Part shown: positions 42,203-59,140 of the stretch, in pieces
Position numbering within the stretch: position 1 is the first letter of the stretch
Layout of the letters: each line of letters begins with the position of its first letter
Assembly: GCF_032062105.1 (NCBI RefSeq)
Contig: NW_026921687.1
Coordinates: 1-64,000, forward strand
Source of the DNA: Saccostrea cucullata
Taxonomy: Eukaryota
Direction of reading: 5' to 3'
Length of the DNA: 64,000 nucleotides
Notes under the pieces: model-generated
The model's database searches: none
What the model was told of the DNA's origin: nothing
The model's input: only the letters and a program-made list of their open reading frames with translations
Position numbers and translations under genes: made by a program

Positions 42203-45200
42203 TGGCTCAGGTGAGCTAAAAAAGCAGCTCTAATTAAAATCTAATGTTTAAAACTAAACAATGAGTTGTACACCTCAAATTTAAATTTTGAATGGACTAC
42301 AGTAATGACATGACAATCAATTGGCCATTACCTATCTGGACAGCTTTAACCACTGTAAATCAGGTTTCTCATATCTGGAGAAAGCTGCTGTATAACTTAA
42401 AAGATACATGCATTTTACGTGTTATTAAAGTCTGTCAATAGATATATAACATACAAGTTTTGTAGGCTTCCTTGAATTTCCTGATCTGTTCGTTTGACCG
42501 AGTACAGATGACCTCGACAAGCACCTGCTCATCTGTTCCCAGGCCCTGCAATAAAGGATACTCATTAGAATGCAAAACTTCAGCATTCAGAGTATAAATA
42601 TTTATATTTCAACAACAGGCCCAAAGGCTAAATGATGGAATGGTAAATTAAAAATTATCTTTTTATTCAATCTGTATGATCAGAATGTGGGTGGTACTTG
42701 TAACATCGTCATTTTGACCTTCATTTTGACTTTTTACCTTGATGGCTTTGTTGAGACACATGGCATCAAAGTTCTCCGGACTCATACACAGACCCCGACA
42801 GAGGACCTTCAGACCCCCACTCAACTCCCCTTCCAAGTCCTTGATTAGGTCCTAAAATAAAATCAATCAAGTCACAACCCTTCTAGATCCTACAGCATTA
42901 AAAATCACTTTAATTCTAGATTTTGTAAGAAGATGGCATTTGGAGGAGACAAAATATTAATTATTTTATGATGTACATGAATATCATCACTACAATTATA
43001 CCTTTCCAAACATTGTTTTGTAAGTTTGAACAATTTCTAGTCTCTGTGCGTTTGATCTGTAGCCCAGTATGTCTATTATGGCCTGTTCATCAGTTCCTGT
43101 TTAATAATGAGGAAATCCATATAAATCTATTCACAGCATGATTTAAGCAAGAACAGTACCATAATCTTAACTAAATAATGAAGTAGGTAATTTGAAAAGG
43201 AAATGCTGAAGCTGATTACACTATATGGTTTTCAATGTGAAATTTGAATTACCAGAAAAATCTATTTATAGATAAATACATACAGAATCATAGATAACAT
43301 ACCGAAGCCTTTCATGGCCTTCCTGAGAGCCTCTGCGTCACTCTCAGCGTTGAAATTCTCCGCCGGTTTTACTGTAGGATCCTCCTGTAAATTACAGAAC
43401 ATGTCTAATGATATTTACACAAATCTTATAATGATCTCATATTGTACAGGCTTTTTTGAAAATTTCAAGGATTTAAAATTTGACTTTTTTCTTTTTTAAG
43501 TTCTACCACTATGTGAATGTTACCTGTGTTGGCCTTGAGAATGACCATTTATTAAAAAAGTGTCCAGTTTAAAAGAAGTTCACACAAAAAGCATATTTAT
43601 ACTGTCACTTTTTTTATATTTGACTTTGCTGATTTAATTCAATGGTAACCTGTTTGTTTTATTTTACTTTACCTGGACTTCTTCAGATTCCATTCTGACC
43701 TCTTCATCCAATTCTTCCTCAGTTTTGTTTTTGACGGCCTCCACAAAACCCTTACCAGCTAAAAATAGAAAACCGAGAAAATAACATCACAAGTACAGAA
43801 CCTTTACAAGCTAAACATAGGATGATTTAATCATATAAAAGAAATAGAGAAGTTTGTTTTTATTTGTTGTTTACTGTCCCTCTCCAGAATTTTTCACTCA
43901 TATGGAGACCCTAACACTTGCCGATGGAGAGCTGCATATTTATATTATGGATATTCCACTCTCAGTGCCATTGAACAGTGAGGGAACGTTTTTGTGCCAA
44001 CACCTCCTCAGTATATATGAGTTAGACTTACATTTGGAGGCTGTGTTTGACTTATACGAGTTAGACTTTTTTAGTGCCAGCACCTCCTCAGTATATATGA
44101 GTTAGACTTTTTTTGTGCCAGCACCTCCTCAGTATATATGAGTTAGACTTTTTTTGTGCCAGCACCTCCTCAGTATATATATGAGTTAGACTTACATTTG
44201 GAGGCAGTGTTTGGGGGAGGTCCTCCCACCACGAGGGCCAGAATAATGTTCCTATAATCCCCAGAGATGTCATCCTGTCAAATAAAACAGACACTTATCA
44301 TCATCTTATAAACAATTCAAGTAGGGGGATTTAAAATACATCTATATACAGACTCATCTTACGGTGTAATCTCCAATTAGACAAGTTAATAAAATATTAA
44401 AGATTTTTAAATCACCAGGAGAGGAGTGTGTATACTTACAGCTATGTACTGCTCCAATGTTTGTCCTGTCATTTTTTGGAATTCCTCCTTGATCTGGACC
44501 ATGTCGATTTCACATCGCGACACGACGACTCGGACGAGAGTGTCGTCGTCCGTCCCGAGACCCTTCATCGTCTTCTGGAGTTGGTACGCGAAATGAGCAG
44601 CCTTATTCCTCACACATCGCACTGAAAAATATATATACAGGAATTAAACATATCGCAAGAAATTTTCAATCTTTGATTTTGTTTTCCTGTTACTTTTCAC
44701 TTTTTATCTTGTTACTTAATTTAGCTAATGAATGCATGTTTTAAATAACAAATGCTGTTTTTATTCACATAAATCCTAGAAGGAAAATTTCTGTTATATT
44801 ATTCAAATATTAAAAAAAAGGGAATTTTTTTTCATTTATTTATAACATGTTACACTATTTATAGGTGACATAATATGACACTGTATATTTTACCAATAGT
44901 CAACATTCCCCTCAGTAGGTCTCCTGACATTTCACTCTTCAGCGCCTCTACCATGTTCTTCTTGGAGATTTTCTCATATTCGTCAAACGTGGCCCTGAGC
45001 TGGGGATAGCTGCGGGAGGCCAGAATGACGTTAAATCGGGACTCGTCCGTGCCCCATTTCCCCTCGCCGGCGTCCAGTAGTGCTTTAGCATCTTGTTTGG
45101 CTTTGTTACGGTCCACTTCCTTACTGTCGCTCCTATTGGCCTGAACCAGCGACACTAGTAATCGCTTCAGATGTCCCGACGTGTCGCCTATAATGTCTTT

Positions 45201-48200
45201 CTCCAGGTCCTTATTGAATACTGTAATTAACGAGCAATTAGAAACTTATCAACTATGATTTCTTATGAAACTGTATTTGCAAAACTCTTGCATCCTTATA
45301 AAAATCATCTAACAGATTCAAATTTACACCGATAGAGAAAAAGATATTTATATTGGAAATATTTACGTGTTTTATAAGTTTTGATGATTTCCTTGATCTG
45401 GGCGTTAGATCTGGTACACAAAATCTCTATCAACACGTCTTCATCTGTCCCTAGGCCCTGTAAAACAAAACAAAAAGTGCTTAATGTTTACTGCTTATTG
45501 TTTCCATGTATTTTACAGAATCTGAAGTATTATTTCTTACTTATAGAGGGAGCTAGAAATATCATATTGTCTAAATTGAATTTTAGAGTTTGTTTTCAAC
45601 TCATCTTTAAAAAATTGTGATCTAGAGCTAGTATTCCAAATATTCACATTTTACCTGAACAACACATACACTCAGACTTTGCAGTAATCAATCACCCTAT
45701 TCTTTGTAAAACACTATCGCATATTCATTCCCCGCTGTTTTTTTTTTTTTTTTATATTTTACCTTGATGGCTTTACGGAGCTGATTTATATTTTTACCTT
45801 TTTTGGAATGCAGAGTTGTTTTATATATTACCTTGATGGCTTTTCGGAGCTGATACGCGTCAAATTCAGCCGGGCCCATCATCAGACCCTTACAGGCGTC
45901 CAGGTAATGTCCACTCAGTTCACTCTTCAACTCCTCTAAAAGGTCCTGTGTCAGAAGGTCAAAGGTTAAATAAATATAGACAAGGTAAAAGTTGTCACTT
46001 GATAAAATAAAATAAATATGCTTAAAACTAACTCTACATAGGTTATGTATTCCTACCTTTCCGTACATGGTTTTGAATGCTACCCTGACTTCCTGTCTCT
46101 GAGGATTAGATCGATAAGCCAGGATATTTGTTATAGCGTCTTCATCAGTCCCTGTGTAAGATATTAAACAAATTACTGTCACATACTAGTATAACTTCAG
46201 TCATAATAGAACACAGCAAAAACATAGCACTTCATGACACACTTAATTGATATCACTAAACTCAACAAAATGGAGTCTTTTTGTTATTTCAACCTTTAAT
46301 GAAGTTTAAACAGTTAGTTTGCGACCATTAAATGAATATTAACAGGTTCAAATAACAAATTAAGAGACAGTTATTCCTTAATTTATGAGCACGGAAAAAA
46401 ATATTTTTCTCTCCAGCAATTAAAAATCTCCCAGGATGGTAAACAAATATTATAGTTCATGCAGCAACTTCCTTTTATCATGTAAATATCAAATGACATC
46501 GACATAATTAAGTTGTTTTTCGTACCTAGCCCCTTCATGGCACCCCTCAGTACCTCTTTATAAGTGAGCAAAATTTTCGAATTTGTTCAGCATTAAATTT
46601 GTATTATACGCGAGAATTTAATTTTCGCAAGCACATTGTCCCCTCCACCTAAAGGGAGACAACTCTGTTAAAACTCATCTCAATACATTGCTACATTGTT
46701 TGTAGAGGAATATATACTTTTCAATTATTTCCCAATGCATATGTGGATGGTTAGAACTTTCCAAAACACAGGCACAAAATGGACATGCTTATTTTAAATG
46801 TGATTAATAAAATATTATACCGGAAGATCCTCTGTTTCCATTGCAAAGTAGGGGTCAGATTTGGGGGGTGTTTCCTTCTTTTTCTTTCCGTTTGAGGGAG
46901 GGGGAGTGGGGGGTTTCTTCGGTTTGGTCTCCACTTTCGGAGGTTTGCGTAGCGATCCTCCTAAATAAACAAAATATAGCAACTCTGTAACGGGTTCACG
47001 ATATATCAAATCAAAATGTAAAGTTAACTTTTAATTTAATGAAATAAAGCAACTCTGTGATGAGTTCATAATTTATTTATTAAGTCAAAATATAAGTTCA
47101 TAGTTTATAAATCAAAATATCAAGTGAACTTTTAATAATACATCTAAAATCCCACCTTATAAAATGCTGTTTATAAAATTAAATAAAAAATTTTAAAAAT
47201 GCGTTTTGTTAATCTGATTTTAAAAACATCTAAAAATTTCACCAGGAAATGTTTAAAATAATATATTATAAATATCAAAAAGTTTTTCTACAAAACATAA
47301 ATAAGGATAAGTTATTACATGCACAGAAATGACAACTGACAGAATATATATATTTACTATCTTGATTACATCACTAAAAATTTTGTCTTCTTGTTTAAAG
47401 CTTAAGACAAAGTATGGCACAGTTGGACATTATGCAGTGTCTGTTTATGAAATGTTTGATATTTTTGTCTGTCTTCACTCACTTGGCACGCCCGGTTTTC
47501 CCATCACTAGAGTAATTCTATATGCATCTCCCTCATCTTCAAACTTGGCTTCATGCATCTGGAAAAGAAAAAATAATAAAGTTTAAGAATTTATTTCTTA
47601 TCTTATAAAACAGTGTCTTCTTATATTTCTGCTAAATTGTTTGTGAAATTTTGCTAATATTTTAATCCTGAAAAAATAAATGGAAGAATCTGTAATCATT
47701 CTGTAAAATAATAATACTTTGATCCATTTTAAGGGGAAAAAAATTTAAAAACCCTTTGAATAACTTATATAATCTATATATATATGTAAATTAATGATAT
47801 ACAAGTTTTTATAAATTTAAGTCTTCTATGGTCGTTGATTTTAAACAAGAAAAAATAACAATAAAAAAAACCCTCTACTAATAAACATTAAATACATACT
47901 CTTCCAATTTTGGGTTCAGCCACTCTTAGTCGAAAGTCCTTGTTATTTTTCGCGAATTCCAGCATATGAGCGTAGATGTGTTGTATATTTCCTTTGAAGT
48001 CCCCTGTTTTTAAAAAAAATTAACATAAGATTATTAATTTTCTTTATGCATTGAAAAGTAATCTTAATTGAAAAATTTAACAACAAATTATAACATGTTT
48101 AAAAAAAAAATATGAATAAGATAGCTAAATTTTGAGAAATCTAATGAATCACTTTAGTCTTTATATCTATAAACAGATGAATCTCTTTTATTTTTTTCCA

Positions 48201-51118
48201 ATATGACATGACTGTTAGAAAATATTCCCTACAATCATGTATCTACTTGTTTACCATTTCCGGGACTGACGGCAGATAATTCCGGATCTTTAGGGGGAGG
48301 GGGAAGCTCGATGGCCTTCGGTGGCTCCTTTGGTGGTTCCTCGATAGTTTTAGGTCGCTTGTTCATCATCTGACGTAAGTCTCCTACCGTCACGTGACGA
48401 TTTTCAGGGTTACAGTTCTACAATGATGTTATATTTTGTATAATTATGTTGATTAGATGGGATAGTCTTCATTAATTACCGAGGTATCTATGTCAGATTA
48501 TTAGAACCTTGTTTAAACAAAAATTAAACTGTTTATCACAATGCCACCAGTATTAACATAACCTTAACCTAACTGACAAGAAATCATGACTTTGACTAAA
48601 ATCGGCTTTCTACTTCTAATAGGTTAATGTCAAAGTAATTGACAAACACAGAGAAAGAATCAGAAAGCAAAATCTCTATAAAATCTGAAGTATTATTCTT
48701 GTCCCAAAGAATACCATTGACAGAATAAACTTTGATATCTGTATTCACAGAGTAAATGTTTGGAATATTTTCTATAAATGTAAGATCATAATTATAAAAG
48801 CTTAGATCTATCCAATAGTTACATTTTTCGTTGCTTACACTGATCATATTTTCTGTGAGGAAGCCCGTCTGTGTGGGGTAGGGGTTGCTAGGCACCGGGA
48901 CGCCAAATGTGACCGCCCCGTTACTGGCATTCATCCCGGGCCAGGATCCAGGGGGAGCGCCCCACACGTTTATCTGGGTACCAGAGTAGTTGGTAGGGTT
49001 AAACGGGCCCTCGGGAACAGGGGGCTGTGGGGGACCTATAAAAAAATCAGATCATGTCACGACAATCAGAAAACATTGCATTAAAAATGACAAATTATAT
49101 GAATATTATTTCAATTTATTGTGAAAAAGGCATTTAATTATCATATTCAGATATATGCGAGAGTAGGTATAGAATTTTTAGAAGATTTTTATTTAATTTT
49201 CAAGAAATTCCAAAAAAAAATTATTCTTTAGCATATTCATATTGAATGTCGTTGCATGTTCTGTCTATTCACATGCATCAGAACTAAAACATGTACCTTT
49301 TCTTCTCAGTCAATTAAAATACTGGCTCAAAATAAAATTAATGGCTAATTAAGACTTACTGTGACGTCCATCCTCGGCTCCAAAGTTATCAAAGGTCTGG
49401 CTGCTGGCCCATGCCTCCTTAGGGGACCGCCTTAGAGAGGATCGCAGAGGGGACTTAGATCTCACTGGAGATTTACTCTAATAAAACAAAAATAAAATCA
49501 TCAAAACACAGAATATATAAAACAACAGGGACAAATGACAATTATACAAAAATCATATTGCAATTCTTTTGCAAACCCTGGTACATTAGTTAAATTTAAA
49601 AACCTTTACAGGTTAAATATTTTTCCCTCTGTAGTCAGTTGGAAGGAAGTCTGACAATTTGTTTAACAAGTTTTTGAAAATGAGTTAATTAAGGTATGTA
49701 TAATCGTAGTTTTACTTTTTAAGTTTCCTCCTATTTTTGAGTGTGTGTGTGTGTGTGTGAGGGAGTGTGAGTGTGTGTGTGTTACCTTTTTGGGTTTCCT
49801 CCTGTTTTTGACAGTGGAAGCGCTAGTCCAGGTTTTCTGTGTGGTGTCAGTGTCGAGGTCTGAGGTGTCAAAGAAGCTTGTGTAATCGTCGGTGGAGTAG
49901 CAGTCCGTGGTGGTCTCGGCGTGGCTGAGCTGTCCAGTCTCCTCCACCATAAACTGCTTTGTCATCACGTCACTCTCCCGGATTCCATCTCTGGAAATCA
50001 ATAATTTATTACATCAGTTTATCTTATCTTACTGTATGTCTGATACAATGTAAACCAACTTTTATTCGAATATCCAAGAGTTTTATGTCCTATAATTCAG
50101 AAAAATTATCGTCACAAACCATTTAATATTTGGCTTTGTATTTGTAGGGAATGTTTTCTCAGTGACAAAAATTAATTGTTTGATTTCAAACTGACAAATC
50201 AGGAATAAGAGATGAAGCGAATAATAGTTGCTTTGCAGTATCTTATTCAGAAAGTGAATAGCTTATACTTGTACAAGACTACCTATATATGTATTTGTTA
50301 TCTGTGAATTTGATTCCAATTAATATATAAACATGCAGTAAACATTGTTACAAACACAATACATTTGTGCCAAAGTGTAAATGGCACATACATTAAACAG
50401 TTAAAAGTGTTGATTTTCTTCATCCCGTAATAATTCTGAGAGTACAATCACTTGTTATGTACGTGATTTGTTTTCCATTGCTTGTTTTATTGTACCTTGT
50501 AACAGCTACTGCCTTCAATGTACGTTTTCCAGCTTTAAGTGTGAAAGGAGCCTTGTATTTGAATGTGATCTCGCGTCCTCCAATTTTACGTTGAAATGGA
50601 GACGGCTTTGTTCCATCAGAAGTGAAATATATTTTACAATCAGGAGTTTCTAAAAAAAAAATTATTAATTAATTTTAGATTCAACAAGAAGTCTACTTAG
50701 TATAATTAATGACAAATATAATGGTGCATACTTTGTTACTCTAATCTTTGCAAAAATAAAATGTTAAAAAATCATCTTTTTGGTAGAAAATGTTTTCGAT
50801 ACTATTGCTAATTCAAACTTTTATTACGATTTAAATTAGAAATTTTCTTATGATTTAAATAAGACCATGTCTAGAGTTAAGTTTTTATAACAAGACATGG
50901 ACCCACCAAATTATCTCCACATGGAACAAACTTGTAATTTTTTTGATATCCACAAAATTAATTGTCCACTTCATATGAAAATGATTCCATAGTATGCATT
51001 ATTTACCTGTGGTGATCTCTATGAGTGTGGTGGTGTCTATTTTATTTGTGGCGAGGCCCGGAATATGCCGCCTGACAGGCGTAATCAAGGGGGGACAAAC
51101 TGCCCCAGCACTGGGCAT
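38831..51118 (-). CDS. DZANK1-like N-terminal region fused to eight annexin repeats (~1100 aa). Coding exons: 51118-51007, 50649-50496, 49990-49786, 49477-49360, 49035-48839, 48417-48255, 48003-47900, 47558-47483, 46960-46821, 46648-46526 (disrupted), 46151-46057, 45945-45832, 45457-45367, 45220-44894, 44621-44440, 44274-44196, 43758-43673, 43384-43303, 43096-43002, 42851-42738, 42545-42455, 40467-40141, 39794-39613, 38915-38831. It ends either by read-through to the stop at 38766 or via a small exon at 37832-37813
   Basis: ccaccATG at 51118; GT-AG junctions in phase throughout except the disrupted exon; eight GxGTD repeats; N-terminus [10 protein letters not shown]...[20 protein letters not shown] and [18 protein letters not shown]...[11 protein letters not shown]. 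Confidence 0.85.
40628..42223 (-). mobile_element. HINE element in an annexin intron
   Basis: 5' TTTTTAGCTCACCTGAGCCAAAGGCTCAAGTGAGC, GTC/GTT microsatellite, ~165-bp units, 3' CAGGTGAGCAATGTGGTCCATGGGCCTCTTGTT. Confidence 0.87.
40787..41654. mobile_element. Tc1/mariner-like MITE nested in the HINE
   Basis: TA flanks; imperfect TIRs CAGCTTACTCCACTTATATTGAA / CAGCCTCCTCCGGATATATTGAA; subterminal TTATATTGAA repeats. Confidence 0.75.
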
Positions 51119-51555
51119 GGTGGTAGAAAAGTCCTATGCTGAAAAGGAAACAAAAATGATTAAATTGTGTCAGAAGTTCTAGTAGGAATGAAGTTACTAA
51201 GTATATATGTATAGGTCATAGGTTCTAATGTTATTGATCCAAAGAATGTGATAAACTTATATACAAAATTCAAAACACAATCTCTTAATATTCTTATCCA
51301 TCTGCTAAAACTACCTATACTGATATTCTACAACAGTTATTTCTTATGCGGGACTCAATTTTCAATTTCATAGTACCCAGCTAAACTCAATAATTAACAC
51401 TGAAAACAAACCTTAATCAGTAATATTAACAAGGATTTGAAGTAAGCCCTTTATTTCTCAGAACTTCAATGACCACATCTAGATCAGTGCATGCTGATTT
51501 AGATTAAAAAAACATAGATTCTATATTTCACTAAATATCTGTATTCCTGTATCTC

Positions 51556-52266
51556 TTTTTTTTATAGCGAGCGCAGCGAGCGTCGCGAAGCGACGCTCGC
51601 GAAGCGAGCTCAATAGACTAACGTGAATGAACAGAGGAAATTCGGATTGAAATCTGTACATACGTCAGCCAAATTTCTCTGTGCAACCTTAAAAATCCTG
51701 CACTACCCAATGTCCTTTGCGCGAATAAATCAAAAATAGTAAAAAAATTAACGGAACATTGTTTCTTACCGAAATCTTAACGAAATGATTTGCCTTACAT
51801 TATTCAAAAAAATACCCCCATGCCACAACACCGGCCTTCACCTTGCCCTTCGGAAATGATACAAATGACGTCATGGAAACTTACGAATTTTGACGAAGTT
51901 ACATCGGTTGCTTTGAAATTCGGAAAACATGTTGCGGTGCATAGCAACATAGTGGCTAAAACATAGCAACAACTTACTCGAAAAGAACGATTTAATGCAA
52001 TCTCTTTTCCATAAAACTAGCTTTTGTGTTCTAAGTCAACAGAACTTTTTATCTGACGTCATACTTTCGTCACTTCAACGGTTCGGGTATTTCCGATTTT
52101 GTCGGAAACTTCCGAGAAGTTTGGAATTTCGATCCCGATGCTTGGGAAATGATTTCTATTTATTGTTTTGTTTTATTCTTTTTGCTTTTTTTTCTTGAAT
52201 GATAGACAGTACATGTGTAGGTTTATGATAGTAAATAAACTGCGCTCGCCCCAACGGTCACACCGT
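51556..52266 (+). mobile_element. Non-autonomous Helentron-like element without satellite array
   Basis: T-run, then GCGAGCGCAG plus hairpin GCGAGCGTCGC-GAA-GCGACGCTCGC; 3' inverted CTGCGCTCGC (52240-52249) followed by a short CGGT..ACCG hairpin. Confidence 0.7.
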
Positions 52267-52487
52267 AAAACATATTATAGGAACATCTGTTTAAAGTATT
52301 CCACGCGTGTATTGTTTAACGATTTTCACAGATTACTGTAAATTTTGCATGTCCAAACTCATATTTTAACATAGCCAATGAAAATAAATGCGGTGAAAAT
52401 AAATGCAAAGGAGCTTTATCCGTAACGAAATAAAAGTCTCAATGTCCTAGTGAAATATGTAAGAAAGAAACCAAATTTTGTCTATAC

Positions 52488-52650
52488 CTGAATAAAATCT
52501 TTTTGCCACAAAAACCTCTGTTTTGTGATGTTTTCAGTGTTGTCAAGCCGCCAAATATACCTCCACAAGCAGAAGAGTTCCTCTCACCTGCCGGAAGTTC
52601 GCACATTGAACTTCCTTTTCGAGCCATCGACAGCAGAACAAACACAGCAT
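52488..52650. promoter_or_regulatory. Probable bidirectional promoter: NACA TCT/5'TOP start and non-coding exon 1 (~52611-52650, +); first non-coding exon of the annexin gene (-, donor after 52488)
   Basis: CTTCCTTTTC at 52611-52620, CAT|GTGAGT donor at 52651, ETS/GABP motif CCGGAAGT at 52591-52598; - strand CAG|GTATAG donor. Confidence 0.68.
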
Positions 52651-52987
52651 GTGAGTAGCGACGCCAATCCTTGCGAATCATCACAGTATTTCAGCGTATT
52701 CAAGGAAAAGACACATAGACAATTAATAGTAGATCATCGATTTTCATTTTATTGATATCCGTTTTCTTGAGCCCGTTCGTTTTTTGCGTATTTTTGGCTA
52801 TGATTGTTAGAATAAAATATTCAACTTGTAACCTGAGCTGATATTTGTAGGGATTGTTGCTCTCAAGTCTGATTTACAAGAACGTTGTATAAAGCTTCGT
52901 TTAATAATCCTAGATCTTGTATTGGACTGTTACAAAACGGACTAATTTTATTTCCACCCATTGTAATGTGCATATAATAATTTTAGA

Positions 52988-57121
<4,134 letters not shown>

Positions 57122-57480
57122 TGAATTATCTCCCCCTGTTTTCTCTATTGTGATATGTATGTATGTTTACTCTCCAAAAATAAAAAAAAAAAATCCTCCA
57201 TTTTGTTTTTACTATTTATCTCTGTTGATTGAGCGAGCTCTCTATCTGGCCTTGTTCTTCTGTACTGGTGATGAAGACACCATCTTTAAAGGAATACCTT
57301 GTAAGAACTAGATGGCATAAAAATCATTTTGGGACAAACAATGTGTATAAGTTTGCAGTGGACAGCAGCTAGGAATATGGACATAATTGGAAACCCACAG
57401 TCCTTCTGTCTTGTCTTAGGCAAGACCAACCATGTGTCTCTGGATTGAGTTTGACAGTCACCTGTCTGTTCTACAAAGTA

Positions 57481-57636
57481 CAGTGGACCCTCATTTATCC
57501 GGACACTTTGGTTCCCAGTCAATTGGTCTGGATATGTGAAGCATACGGATATCTGAATCACTAGTTAAACAAGTCAAACTAATATTTAAAAATTTCGTTC
57601 CAATGAAAAACCGTCCGGATATCTGAAGGTCCACTG
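57481..57636. mobile_element. Tc1/mariner-like MITE
   Basis: TA-CAGTGGACCCTCATTTATCCGGAC ... GTCCGGATATCTGAAGGTCCACTG-TA. Confidence 0.85.
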
Positions 57637-58016
57637 TAAATGATTCCAGGTAATTTTCCTGTTAGTTTTGAGGTGAGCTTGAAGGTGTTGGCAACTGTAA
57701 AATGCAAGGCTTCAATCAATTTCTAAGGTCTTTGCGATCATGGGGCATTTTGCTTATCCCCCCACAAACATTTGAGAAGGAAAAGCCATGGCTTGACAAT
57801 AATCTACTCAATATGATGCTTGATTCCAAAAAGGTGGAGACCAGCTATAATGGAGGTATTTTAAAATAGTAAATTATAGTTAACTGTGTACTTAATAATG
57901 ACAAGTTAGATGTGATTTCCAACTTCATGCAGATTGGTGGATTATGCCCAAATATCCAGATATAATCCAAATGGTACTATTCTCAGTCAATCTTGGACTT
58001 TCAGTTTGGTGTGGTA

Positions 58017-58224
58017 CTGTGAATCAATTTTTATACGCGAGAACTTTATTTTCGCATAATTATAAGAGACAGCGTGCTCGTGAAAATTTAATTCTCGCAT
58101 ATAATAGTATTCTTTACGATTATATAGAACAATAACCACAATTCGCAAAAATTTTGTCTCGCTAATCAAGAGTCAATTACTATCTCGCGAAAATAAGGTG
58201 TCGCTAAAGTTTAGTGATGTACAG
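58017..58224. mobile_element. MITE with TA TSD
   Basis: TA-CTGT...TTATTTTCGC ... GCGAAAATAA...ACAG-TA. Confidence 0.75.
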
Positions 58225-58904
58225 TATTCTGGACCTTGCCAAACTGGAGTCGGGAATTTACAGTCTTTCATTCATTGAAATATACATTGCGACGAATGTC
58301 AACGACTGTAGAAGTGATCCAATGATAGCTACGACAAAAATTTGGGGCTTTGGGCTTTTCTTCGTTGCCAACATCAATTTAAAGTTGTTGATTTTATTAA
58401 TTTCTTATTCAAAGACAATCAATTCGCCATTTGAGAGACCTAGTGACAGAAAGTCACACCCTAATGAAAGTCCAAGGTTAAACTGAGATTCGTACTAAGA
58501 GAGTTATTAACCTTTTCATAAATAAGAATATCCCTTATATTATTATTAGAATTATTAGAGTATATGGGATATTTCTTTTTTTTTTTTTATAACAACGAAC
58601 GATTTAAAACGTCAAGCGCATTTGATGTTAAATGGAAAAAATCCCGTGTCGAAACGTATCAATTTTTTTATGATTACAATAAAATTTGATTCAGAAGTAT
58701 TAAATGTTATTCAAAGAATCTTGTATCTTAAAAAGTCTTGGAGTCTATGTAAAATAATCACGAGAAATATTTAGGGCATTTTTAAGACAATATGTCAGTG
58801 GAAAAAACAAGAATATTGATCATGGGAATAATGGAGGGTGAACCAAACGGTTTTATGGGAAGGGTAACCCTAGACTAGACTTCTGTTGGTTTAACTTCCG
58901 GGAT

Positions 58905-59140
58905 GGAGTAACTGACTCAGTAGTCGTAGTTGTTACATGTAGGCCAGTATGTAACTATCTAAAAGGTTGCTGGTTCGAGCCCCGCTGTGATGGTCAATGA
59001 TATATTGTGTCCTGGGACAAGGCACTTTATATGCATTACAGTCCAACCAGCGGCAATGGGTGCCAAGCACGTGGTATCATTTTTGAAAGGGGGCCAAAGT
59101 CTTATCCGGGGACCAACTGGCTTTCCAAAAAAAAAAAAAA
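58905..59140 (+). mobile_element. Degenerate tRNA-derived CORE-type SINE
   Basis: B box GGTTCGAGCCC; CORE-like TGTGTCCTGGGACAAGGCACTTTA; A-rich end. Confidence 0.6.

Noticed and set aside
52439-52684. 81-aa - strand ORF as the N-terminus of the annexin gene
   Set aside because: It overlaps the NACA start and promoter; the DZANK1-like start with a strong Kozak context is at 51118.
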